A stretch of 56,064 bases of DNA from an uncultured Bacilli bacterium (GCA_947632415.1 CANRPB010000002.1:1-56064); one strand, 5' to 3'; positions 1 to 7,213 are shown, numbered from the stretch's first letter. Notes: generated by a model not told the origin, from the letters alone. Made by a program: numbers and translations.

Positions 1-77
1 GAATAAAAATACATATGTTATTTTTCCCATCCAACCATAACACATATTACATAACATGCATTATTATAACACATGAT
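1..77. repeat. Terminal overlap, copy 1 (identical to 55988..56064)
   Basis: First 77 nt equal last 77 nt base for base; unique sequence is therefore 55,987 bp. Confidence 0.95.
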
Positions 78-98
78 ATAATAACATATATTATATAA

Positions 99-116
99 CA
101 CGTGTGTATGTGTGTG
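99..116. repeat. 18-nt strictly alternating pyrimidine-purine tract CACGTGTGTATGTGTGTG
   Basis: Read directly; abuts the first CACGTG palindrome; unusual in an AT-rich genome. Confidence 0.7.
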
Positions 117-130
117 TTTCACGTGAAACA
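115..130. promoter_or_regulatory. 16-bp perfect palindrome TGTTTCACGTGAAACA (operator-like), copy 1
   Basis: Self-complementary; core GTTTCACGTGAAAC recurs at 687..700 and 769..784. Confidence 0.5.
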
Positions 131-163
131 TTCCACCAATTAAATAACGCCCGTTATTTTTTT

Positions 164-187
164 TGCGCGTGTGCGTGTGCGCGTACG
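164..187. repeat. 24-nt strictly alternating pyrimidine-purine GC-rich tract TGCGCGTGTGCGTGTGCGCGTACG
   Basis: Read directly; Z-DNA-prone composition; preceded by AAATAACG-CC-CGTTATTT inverted repeat and a T run. Confidence 0.7.
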
Positions 188-211
188 GGATAAAAGAAAA
201 CCAAAAAAATC

Positions 212-253
212 CTGCTAATCTGCTAAACTGCTAATTTTGCTCAAACTGCTATT
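212..253 (+). repeat. Short tandem repeat CTGCTAA(N) x3 at 8-bp period plus two degenerate copies
   Basis: CTGCTAA at 212, 220, 228; GCTCAA at 239; CTGCTAT at 247. Confidence 0.7.
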
Positions 254-572
254 TTTTGAATTTTAAAATTTTGGGAAAATTCTTTTTTCTACACACTGGG
301 AAAACCAAAAATTCTTAATATATAATTACAGAAGATATTTTTTCTGGGACGTTGACAGCACAGAATTATATATAGTGTTATCCCATATATTTATATATCC
401 ATGTATGTATTGATATATGTATTTATGGATATATCTACATAGTGTTATTTTATATATTTTATTTATATATTTATTTATATAATTTTTATACGCCAAGATT
501 ACAAAAGAAAAAAGCGGCTAATTGGTTTTTATCGCCCCTGATTTCCATTTTTTTATCATATTTATACATCAT

Positions 573-640
573 GTAGTAGGAGGAGTTGTAGAGAGAGAGT
601 TTTGTAGCAGGAGGAGGAGTAGGAGTCGGGTAGAATGAGA
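573..640 (+). other. Purine/T-only tract rich in GGAGG (only two C in ~68 nt)
   Basis: GTAGTAGGAGGAGTTGTAGAGAGAGAGTTTTGTAGCAGGAGGAGGAGTAGGAGTCGGGTAG; reads as CCUCC-rich on minus-strand transcripts. Confidence 0.6.
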
Positions 641-686
641 TTTTTTCATTACCCACGATTTTTTTATTTTTTTATAATATATAAAA

Positions 687-700
687 GTTTCACGTGAAAC
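687..700. promoter_or_regulatory. 14-bp perfect palindrome GTTTCACGTGAAAC, copy 2
   Basis: Identical core to 116..129; a minus-strand TTGACA (709..714) sits 8 nt upstream of it. Confidence 0.5.
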
Positions 701-768
701 ATTATTTTTGTCAACCACAAAATATTTTGATATGCGAGGAATCAAGATTTATAGTTACATAATATTTT

Positions 769-784
769 TGTTTCACGTGAAACA
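769..784. promoter_or_regulatory. 16-bp perfect palindrome TGTTTCACGTGAAACA, copy 3
   Basis: Identical to 115..130; 30 nt downstream of the stop of gene 814..1068. Confidence 0.5.
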
Positions 785-813
785 TATTTTTATTATTTTA
801 TTGTTCTCCTATT

Positions 814-1068
814 TTATTTTTCTCCCATAATGTCATTATATATTTTTTCATATTCACCGTTTGTGATTACATTAAACATATAACACATCTGAATTATTGT
901 ATAACATGTTGCAACTGAGGATGTTTTTGAAACACCATATTCTTCTGGATATTTTATATGATTATAACAATCCTGAAACCTGTTAATCAACCAAGATTTA
1001 TTAAAATCATTTTCCGTATTTTCCGCATTTTTAACCTTTTCGATTAATTCCTGGAAATTTTCCAACAT
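814..1068 (-). CDS. Hypothetical protein (84 aa)
   Basis: ORF with GGAGG 8 nt before ATG; last gene before the gene-free junction; no motif recognised. Confidence 0.55.
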   Translation of the reverse strand: MLENFQELIEKVKNAENTENDFNKSWLINRFQDCYNHIKYPEEYGVSKTSSVATCYTIIQMCYMFNVITNGEYEKIYNDIMGEK

Positions 1069-1080
1069 TTGTTTTTCCTC

Positions 1081-1335
1081 CTATTTTACAAAATCCTGAC
1101 GAAATATTATATCATCTGGTTCGTCATTTAACGGATTATATATAAATACCGTTTTTATCTCATCGCCTGGTTCACAATCCACATATTTATATGATATGTA
1201 ATTGTATTCCGATGTTGTATCAATTTTACCATTACCAAACTCATCTACACATGTACCATTTACAACCTCGATGTTGTGGGCGAACAAGTCCATCACCATA
1301 ATACCCATTAAAGTAAATCTTTTGAATTTTACCAT
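1081..1335 (-). CDS. Hypothetical protein (84 aa)
   Basis: AGGAGG RBS; immediately downstream of consensus promoter 1374..1402. Confidence 0.6.
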   Translation of the reverse strand: MVKFKRFTLMGIMVMDLFAHNIEVVNGTCVDEFGNGKIDTTSEYNYISYKYVDCEPGDEIKTVFIYNPLNDEPDDIIFRQDFVK

Positions 1336-1373
1336 TTTGTTTTCCTCCTGATTCGGTTTTTGTTTATATATAA

Positions 1374-1402
1374 ATTATAATACCATAAATTCATTTTGTC
1401 AA
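1374..1402 (-). promoter_or_regulatory. Sigma-70-type promoter TTGACA-N17-TATAAT
   Basis: Minus strand reads TTGACAaaatgaatttatggtatTATAAT; -35 at 1397..1402, -10 at 1374..1379. Confidence 0.7.
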
Positions 1403-1429
1403 CATATTTTTTTAATGGGAGGGAGGTTT

Positions 1430-1900
1430 TTATGCCTCCCGTTCCCTCTCAATCCATGCGGACTTCCTGCATTCATTTTTCTGTGCGTCATAAATCCGTA
1501 AATATTCCATCTGCTTCTTCGAAATGGTTTTCAACCAATTTTTAACCTCCGCACATGTTGTCATATTATCTACGATGGTTTCATTTTTATCATCAAATTT
1601 CTTGAATTTAATAATATAAGAATCACCTTTGACTTTATGACCGTTTCCCCCCGTGGATTTTTCCTTCTTGGTTGATGTTTTTTTAACAATTTCAATTAAC
1701 GCATATCGTGTTTTCCCATCACGAGACGAGACACAATATAAATTTTCTTCCTTTTTCGATTTTACCATTTTGAGTTCATCTGGAAAATCATTTTCAATCA
1801 AATTATCAAATGACTTCCTTGACATTTCATAACGTTTTGTTTCCTCATTTACCTTTGCGTTGTTGTTTGTTAATACCTCGATAACATTTGCTTTTGTCAT
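1430..1900 (-). CDS. Hypothetical Lys-rich protein (156 aa)
   Basis: AAGGAGG RBS, downstream of promoter 1943..1970; no family recognised. Confidence 0.6.
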   Translation of the reverse strand: MTKANVIEVLTNNNAKVNEETKRYEMSRKSFDNLIENDFPDELKMVKSKKEENLYCVSSRDGKTRYALIEIVKKTSTKKEKSTGGNGHKVKGDSYIIKFKKFDDKNETIVDNMTTCAEVKNWLKTISKKQMEYLRIYDAQKNECRKSAWIEREREA

Positions 1901-1942
1901 AACTTTTTCCTCCTTAATCGGTGTTTGTTTGTTTGTGATTTT

Positions 1943-1970
1943 ATTATATCAAATACAAGACAAATGTCAA
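1943..1970 (-). promoter_or_regulatory. Sigma-70-type promoter TTGACA-N16-TGaTATAAT (extended -10)
   Basis: Minus strand reads TTGACAtttgtcttgtatttgaTATAAT. Confidence 0.7.
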
Positions 1971-2146
1971 TAGGATTTTTAAAAAAAATCAAAAAAAATA
2001 TTTGTGAGGCAGTTTGTACATATTATATAGAGTTTTTAACATGCCTGTGTGACATCGTACAAGCCCCATACACGGACGATATTTATATTATGGTATATTT
2101 GACCATTGATTCCGTTATCGTGGCTATATGGGGCAAATAACGATAT

Positions 2147-2362
2147 CTGCTGTTATTTTAACTTTGATTAAAATACACAATAAATACAATTACTTCTGTT
2201 ATAGTATAACTTCTGTTATGAATGAATTTTTGAAATTTGGCAGAAAATAAAAAATCTGCTGTTATTAAACTCAAATTTTAGAATAAAAACTTCTGTTATT
2301 TAATTCTTGATTTTATATAACTTCTGTTATTTAATTCTCGTGTAATAAATATCTTCTGTTAT
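2147..2362 (+). repeat. Iteron-like array: 7 direct copies of CT(T/G)CTGTTAT
   Basis: Copies start at 2147, 2193, 2210, 2256, 2290, 2321, 2353, all in one orientation. The last three extend to CTTCTGTTATTTAATT with 31-32 bp spacing. Confidence 0.75.
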
Positions 2363-2471
2363 TTAATTTCTTTGTAAGATTTCAAATCCCCGAAAATCCG
2401 AAGAAATGAAATCAAACAAAGAAATATAAACAATAGTAAATAATAGAAATTAAACAATAAGATAATAACAG

Positions 2472-2941
2472 TTAATAGAATTTATGATTTTTATAAACAA
2501 AGATTATTGATAAGTTATTATCTAACCATGTATTATTTTGGGAAACCATATTGAAATATAAAGCCCCACGGTTTTCCAGGACGTCCAGCAGTTCAATTGC
2601 CTTTTGACTATTTTCTGTAATTTGAGCTTTTTGGAACTCCCCATTTTGGTAGGTTGTAAATTGACCTTTTTGCTCAATCACTTCTTTTACCGTGTTCGGG
2701 AAGTTTGGTGATTCAACCCGATTCAAAACTACTTGCATTACGAACGTCATACCCCAATACCCTCGTCACCTGCTTCTGCCAACGCCACGCGCTGTAGGAG
2801 GAGCTTTTCTTCCCCAGTAAGCGCGTAGGTTGAGGATTTCGGCACTCGTGTAGTTTGAGTAATTTCTTCAGCTTTTACATTTGTTTTAAAACACATGAAA
2901 CATACCATGAGTAATATTAACGTTTTGATTATTTTATTCAT
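2472..2941 (-). pseudogene. SleB-type (Hydrolase_2) secreted cell-wall hydrolase split by a 1-nt frameshift
   Basis: N part 2747..2941 has signal peptide MNKIIKTLILLMVCFMCFKTNVKA and LLLQRVALAEAGDEG. C part 2472..2750 has VVLNRVESPNFPNTVKEVIEQKGQF...GALYFN. The frames meet at the C4 run 2752..2755, and one extra base would fuse them. Confidence 0.6.
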
Positions 2942-2943
2942 TA

Positions 2944-3066
2944 TTATTTTCTCCACAAATCTTTTAAAAAATTTACAATTAAACCTATTACCATTGTTCC
3001 AACTGCAACACAACAACAACATAAAAATCCTAATAAAAAATTTATAACTATATCAATAACATCCAT
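2944..3066 (-). CDS. Small single-pass membrane protein (40 aa)
   Basis: MDVIDIVINFLLGFLCCCCVAVGTMVIGLIVNFLKDLWRK; AGGTGG RBS; stop abuts the SleB-like start. Confidence 0.4.
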   Translation of the reverse strand: MDVIDIVINFLLGFLCCCCVAVGTMVIGLIVNFLKDLWRK

Positions 3067-3171
3067 TTTGTTCCACCTTACATAAGTTTCATTTCTATAA
3101 ATTTTAATATTCCAGTTAAAGCATCCAGAATTATATAAAAATAAGTAAACCACAAAATGAATCTTTCATAT

Positions 3172-3546
3172 TTAGTCATATTTTCCATAATTCCTTTCCC
3201 TATAGTCTTCAATCATACTTAAATATATCATTGCTTGTTGTAATTCACTCTTTTTAACAGTTATTTCTGTTCCATACTTTTTAGTAAATCTTTTTTTCAT
3301 CATTGGAAATTTATCTTTTTCATCTTCTGCATTTTTTTGTTTAACATACGTTATAAAGGATTTTGCTATTTCTAATGCAACATAAACACATGTCCAAACA
3401 ATAAACATATGATCTTGAAAACCAGAAAATTCAATGCAGAAGTATGTCATAAATATAAATAAAGCATCTATAAAAAAATTAAAATGTTCATTTATAGTAT
3501 TACCAAAATTTTCTAACCCTTCCAAAATGTAATTAACAATTTTCAT
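3172..3546 (-). CDS. Membrane protein (124 aa), unknown function
   Basis: Two hydrophobic helices (FFIDALFIFMTYFCIEF, MFIVWTCVYVALEI). Confidence 0.6.
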   Translation of the reverse strand: MKIVNYILEGLENFGNTINEHFNFFIDALFIFMTYFCIEFSGFQDHMFIVWTCVYVALEIAKSFITYVKQKNAEDEKDKFPMMKKRFTKKYGTEITVKKSELQQAMIYLSMIEDYRERNYGKYD

Positions 3547-3920
3547 GATTCAAAAACCTCCTCAAAATAGTCTTTGAGATTTTTAACATAGTTATTAAGT
3601 TGTTTCCTATAACTAGACATTTTACATTCTTCACAATTTACTTTATCAACACAATAAAACAATGTGTGTAACTGTTGGCATTTTTGACAAAAGTCATTTT
3701 TTATTTCCGATTCATTTATTGTAACATACAGTGAAACAACAAATGTTGGAATTTTTGTTTTTTTAACATCTTTCTTTTCTATTTTTACAGTTACACGTTT
3801 TGCATAATCAGATTTACCATAAACATTTTTTGCCAACCAGATACAAGCATTCAAATAAGCTTGTTTTGAAACTTTATTAGAAAATTCTTTTTGAAAAATC
3901 ATTTCTGAATAAGTTGTCAT
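3543..3920 (-). CDS. Hypothetical Cys-rich protein (125 aa)
   Basis: CQKCQQ...CVDKVNCEECK; start and stop coupled to neighbours. Confidence 0.6.
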   Translation of the reverse strand: MTTYSEMIFQKEFSNKVSKQAYLNACIWLAKNVYGKSDYAKRVTVKIEKKDVKKTKIPTFVVSLYVTINESEIKNDFCQKCQQLHTLFYCVDKVNCEECKMSSYRKQLNNYVKNLKDYFEEVFES

Positions 3921-4396
3921 TACATTTCCCCCGATTCTATTGCTGTTCTTGCTAATTTGTCTGCTTCTTCATTAAAATAATTTCCATTATGTCCTTTTAC
4001 CTTTGTAAACTTTATAATAACATTTCTACTTTTAAGTTTACCAATTTCAGAAAGTAAAGGTAACCACATATCAGAGTTTTTAATTGATTCACCCCTTGCA
4101 TTGATAAATCCATTTGCAGACCAATTAGCAACCCAATTGTCATTAATTGCATTTACAACATAAGCACTATCAGAAATGATTTCAAGATTTCTTATTTTTA
4201 CTTTATCTTGGAAAACCAATTTTCTGACATGCTCCAAACCAATAAGTACACCCATGAGTTCCATTCGATTATTTGTTGTTTTGTCACAGAATCCAGAAAG
4301 TTTTTTAACTTCATCATCCATACAAATTAAACAACCATAACCACCAGGACCAGGGTTTCCAGAGCAAGCTCCGTCCGTGTACATTTTTACATTCAT
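3920..4396 (-). CDS. rnhA: Ribonuclease HI
   Basis: YTDGACSGNPGPGGYG, NNRMEL, SDSAYV, GHNGNYFNEEADKLA = RNase HI DEDD pattern. Confidence 0.85.
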   Translation of the reverse strand: MNVKMYTDGACSGNPGPGGYGCLICMDDEVKKLSGFCDKTTNNRMELMGVLIGLEHVRKLVFQDKVKIRNLEIISDSAYVVNAINDNWVANWSANGFINARGESIKNSDMWLPLLSEIGKLKSRNVIIKFTKVKGHNGNYFNEEADKLARTAIESGEM

Positions 4397-4406
4397 TGAA
4401 ACCCTC

Positions 4407-4748
4407 CTATTTCATTTTCATATATTTTGTGTAAAAGTAAATACATAATTTTGAAAACAATTCATATAAACTTACACCATAAATCTTTTTTACTTCCAAC
4501 ATGGAATTACCATCCATTATCCTTGCAGTATACAAATGATTTTTTTCAACAGGAAGTGGCATTATATAATTTACACGTAACCCTGTTTTCTTTTCTAATT
4601 TTGCAATTGCTACTTCCATTTTTAACATTGGTATATTTTCCGATAACGGAATATCTTTAAATGGTTCAATTTTTCTTAATGCTTTTTCAATTTTAACAAC
4701 ATTTACAGGTTCACGATAATCCAATTCTAACAATTCACTTGTTGTCAT
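4407..4748 (-). CDS. Hypothetical protein (113 aa from MTTSELL)
   Basis: GAGGGGG RBS before the internal ATG; no motif. Confidence 0.5.
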   Translation of the reverse strand: MTTSELLELDYREPVNVVKIEKALRKIEPFKDIPLSENIPMLKMEVAIAKLEKKTGLRVNYIMPLPVEKNHLYTARIMDGNSMLEVKKIYGVSLYELFSKLCIYFYTKYMKMK

Positions 4749-5169
4749 TATTTTCCCCCTCATCCAAAGCATTTAATTCCAAATTTGCTATATCTAATGC
4801 TTTACAAGCTGCCATTAAATAATTACCATGTTCAAAATCCAAACAGAACTTTATATACAAACCATTTAAACATCCATGTAAAGTACCCTCACATTTACCA
4901 ACAGCAGGACACATTCCATACCATCTTGAAGCACCATTAATTTCATATTCCAGTTCATGTTCATTGGAGTATTCACACAAAAAACATCCAGACTCAGGAA
5001 CTATATCATAATATCCCATACATTCCAAACAATACTCTTTTAACATCCTTGTACTACCATAAAACTTATTTTCCAATTCCCTTTTTGAATATGTTTGTAA
5101 AATATTACTCATCATTGTCCACAATTCTTTGTGTTTTTCTTTTGTTTGTTCCAGTGTTAAATTTAACAT
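4735..5169 (-). CDS. Hypothetical Cys-rich protein (144 aa)
   Basis: CLEC, CFLCE, CPAVGKCEGTLHGC clusters. Confidence 0.6.
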   Translation of the reverse strand: MLNLTLEQTKEKHKELWTMMSNILQTYSKRELENKFYGSTRMLKEYCLECMGYYDIVPESGCFLCEYSNEHELEYEINGASRWYGMCPAVGKCEGTLHGCLNGLYIKFCLDFEHGNYLMAACKALDIANLELNALDEGENNDNK

Positions 5170-5180
5170 CTTTGTCCTCC

Positions 5181-5229
5181 TTTTAATTTAAAATGGGATT
5201 GCTAAGTTTATATTCCTAACAATCCCATT
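5181..5229 (-). terminator. Rho-independent terminator after gene 5262..5972
   Basis: 10-bp perfect stem AATGGGATTG/CAATCCCATT (5192..5201 and 5220..5229), 18-nt loop, then UUUUAAAUU on the minus strand. Confidence 0.6.
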
Positions 5230-5261
5230 CAGACATTTAGTATGGGATATTCATGAAGTTA

Positions 5262-5972
5262 TTAGATATCCCATTCCCCATCATCATCGTCCTCTTCCGC
5301 ATCCTCTGCTTCAGCCTTCTCAACCTTTTTGGACGGTCTACCTCTTTTACCAGACTTAGCAGGTGCCTTTGTGGGCTTCTCCTCCTCGTCCTCCCAATCG
5401 TCATTCTCGTCCTCATCTGTGTCATCCTTTGCATCAGCAGCCTCAAGAAGCTTTACATATTCAGCAGCCTTCATCTTCGGCTGTGCCTTAATACCACGCT
5501 TCTTACACAGCTTAAACAGTTCAACAGCGTTCATGGAAGAATAATCATCACCATCGGACTCATCCTCAGAATCCTCATTATCCGCATCCTCCTCCAGTGC
5601 ATCTACTGCCTTCTTTGCTGTTGCCTTACGTGCCTCACGCCTCTTTCTAGCTCTCTCCCTTGCAGCTTCCTTCTTTGCATCGTCAGACTTGGTTGCCTTC
5701 TTTGCCTTCTTAGGTGCATCCTCCTCCTCATCGTCTGAATCATCATCACCCTCAGCAGATGTATCAACATCACCCTTCAGTACAGCCTCAACCTTACGTG
5801 CCGTTACATACTCAGGAAGTGCATTAATAATTGTCATAGCACCCTCATTGTTACCCATCTTTGCCAGTGCAACCGCAACATTAGGGAATCTCTTACCCAG
5901 GTCACAAATACCTACCTTGTCATTGTTAATCACTGCCTCTGCAGCTTCTGCCATTGTCCAATTCTTTGCCAT
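5262..5972 (-). CDS. Acidic/basic DNA-binding-type protein with HeH (Rho_N/SAP-like) motif and an AT-hook
   Basis: KKAKKATK and RERARKRREARK tracts; NAVELFKLCKKRGIKAQPKMKAAEYVKLLE; AT-hook KRGRPSKK (5325..5348); DDWEDEEE and C-terminal GEWDI; 30/60 G+C at 5641..5700. Confidence 0.65.
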   Translation of the reverse strand: MAKNWTMAEAAEAVINNDKVGICDLGKRFPNVAVALAKMGNNEGAMTIINALPEYVTARKVEAVLKGDVDTSAEGDDDSDDEEEDAPKKAKKATKSDDAKKEAARERARKRREARKATAKKAVDALEEDADNEDSEDESDGDDYSSMNAVELFKLCKKRGIKAQPKMKAAEYVKLLEAADAKDDTDEDENDDWEDEEEKPTKAPAKSGKRGRPSKKVEKAEAEDAEEDDDDGEWDI

Positions 5973-6116
5973 TTCTTTTTCTCCTTTTCATATTTTTTTA
6001 TTTTGGCTGATTGTTACATTTTCGTTTATTAAACATTTTACATTTAGGGGGTACACAACCGATAAGCAATTGGTTCTGCAGCACCGCATGTATTTATCGG
6101 TTGTGTTTATAACATT

Positions 6117-6144
6117 ATTATACCAAATAAATTTTATTTGTCAA
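6117..6144 (-). promoter_or_regulatory. Sigma-70-type promoter TTGACA-N16-TGgTATAAT
   Basis: Minus strand reads TTGACAaataaaatttatttggTATAAT; followed by the 13-bp inverted repeat 6053..6106. Confidence 0.7.
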
Positions 6145-6162
6145 CACCCAAATGAAACTTTT

Positions 6163-6408
6163 TTAATTTTTTTTGGAAATTTTTTCCATTGCCAAATTTA
6201 AAGCATCACGAAGGTTACATAATCCGTTTTCATCATCAATTTGTATTGAATTTTTTAAATACAAATTTGTTTTTTTACCACCCTCATCAACTGTCAATCG
6301 TTGTGCCAGTGTATAACCACCCTTGGAACATTTTGATATTACCAAACTCCGTGTATCTTTAATTTGTGCAACAGATAATTCCTCGTACTTAATATCCGTT
6401 GCCATCAC
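6163..6408 (-). CDS. Hypothetical protein (81 aa)
   Basis: Compact ORF coupled to the upstream gene (ATGA overlap). Confidence 0.55.
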   Translation of the reverse strand: MMATDIKYEELSVAQIKDTRSLVISKCSKGGYTLAQRLTVDEGGKKTNLYLKNSIQIDDENGLCNLRDALNLAMEKISKKN

Positions 6409-6758
6409 TCGTCCTCCCCATTTTCCAGTTCAACATCCGCTTCCATCAAAATTTTAAACTCATCAGAAATTATGATCTTGTTGATATTATCCATTTCAAT
6501 AAAATCTGTTAATGTTTCAAACTTTAATACAGATTCCCCATCCCCATCAAACAAAATGTTTTTAATTCTAAACACACCAAGTTCAACATTTTGTTTTGCA
6601 ATACGTGCTGTAATTTTAACATCATTGTTTAACATCTGCAATGTTTTAATAGAGTTTTCAATTTCACCATACATAGCAGACAGTGTTAAAAGAACCGTTC
6701 CATTTTGTTTTACATTGTGTCCCTTGTACTTCACAAAGCTTTTTACTTTAACTTTCAT
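6405..6758 (-). CDS. Hypothetical protein (117 aa), acidic C-terminus
   Basis: ORF with coupled start; no motif recognised. Confidence 0.55.
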   Translation of the reverse strand: MKVKVKSFVKYKGHNVKQNGTVLLTLSAMYGEIENSIKTLQMLNNDVKITARIAKQNVELGVFRIKNILFDGDGESVLKFETLTDFIEMDNINKIIISDEFKILMEADVELENGEDE

Positions 6759-7213
6759 TATTTTGCACTCCTTATCTTATTATATTTTTTATTTATTTCT
6801 TCATGAAAATTATTCCTTGCATTTTCTGAAGATTTTACCATTTTTGGTTTTTGTTGTTTTACATCTTCAAGTTCTATTACATCAGGTTTTTGTGTAATAC
6901 CAGTTTGTATATATTCGGACACCATGGTAATATCTTCTGGTTTTACCATTAACCAAACTTCACAAGTATTTAAGAACTGAATTGCAAACACAGGATATTT
7001 GTGAGAAACGTTGGCATTTTTTTCTAATATCCTAATATCCTTTTGATTCACCTTAATACTTTGTGCATCTGTACTTTTTAATTGACAGATAATATAATCA
7101 CTTTGCCCATCCTCTTTTTCTATCCAACCACTACCAGAATTCCTTGTTGGTTTTAAACCAAGTGATTTCATTACTTCTGCTTCATTCTTACGATAAAATT
7201 TAAAACTACGCAT
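6758..7213 (-). CDS. PD-(D/E)XK nuclease, Hjc-type resolvase-like (candidate)
   Basis: EAEVMKSLGLKPTRNSGSGWIEKEDG...YIICQLKST resembles the GSG...D...(E/Q)xK core of archaeal-type Holliday junction resolvases. Confidence 0.45.
   Translation of the reverse strand: MRSFKFYRKNEAEVMKSLGLKPTRNSGSGWIEKEDGQSDYIICQLKSTDAQSIKVNQKDIRILEKNANVSHKYPVFAIQFLNTCEVWLMVKPEDITMVSEYIQTGITQKPDVIELEDVKQQKPKMVKSSENARNNFHEEINKKYNKIRSAK

Noticed and set aside
1421-1440. GGGAGG-N8-CCTCCC hairpin as a terminator after gene 1430..1900
   Set aside because: The stem overlaps the last codons and stop of the gene and is followed by an A run, not a U run, on the transcribed strand. It more likely reflects coding sequence plus the adjacent RBS-like string.
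1925-2140. 71-aa plus-strand ORF (TTG start) next to the iteron array
   Set aside because: It is on the opposite strand to all genes, has no RBS, covers promoter 1943-1970 and the TGGGGC motif, and has a hydrophobic, low-information translation.
2147-2362. Possible CRISPR array
   Set aside because: The repeats are only 10-16 nt. Spacers are irregular (17-46 nt) and AT-rich with shared flanks, and no cas genes are present. The pattern fits iterons, not CRISPR.
3920-4396. RNase H as part of a retroelement or DGR
   Set aside because: No reverse-transcriptase-like ORF, template/variable repeat pair or Avd-like gene is present anywhere. It is a stand-alone RNase HI in the replication module.
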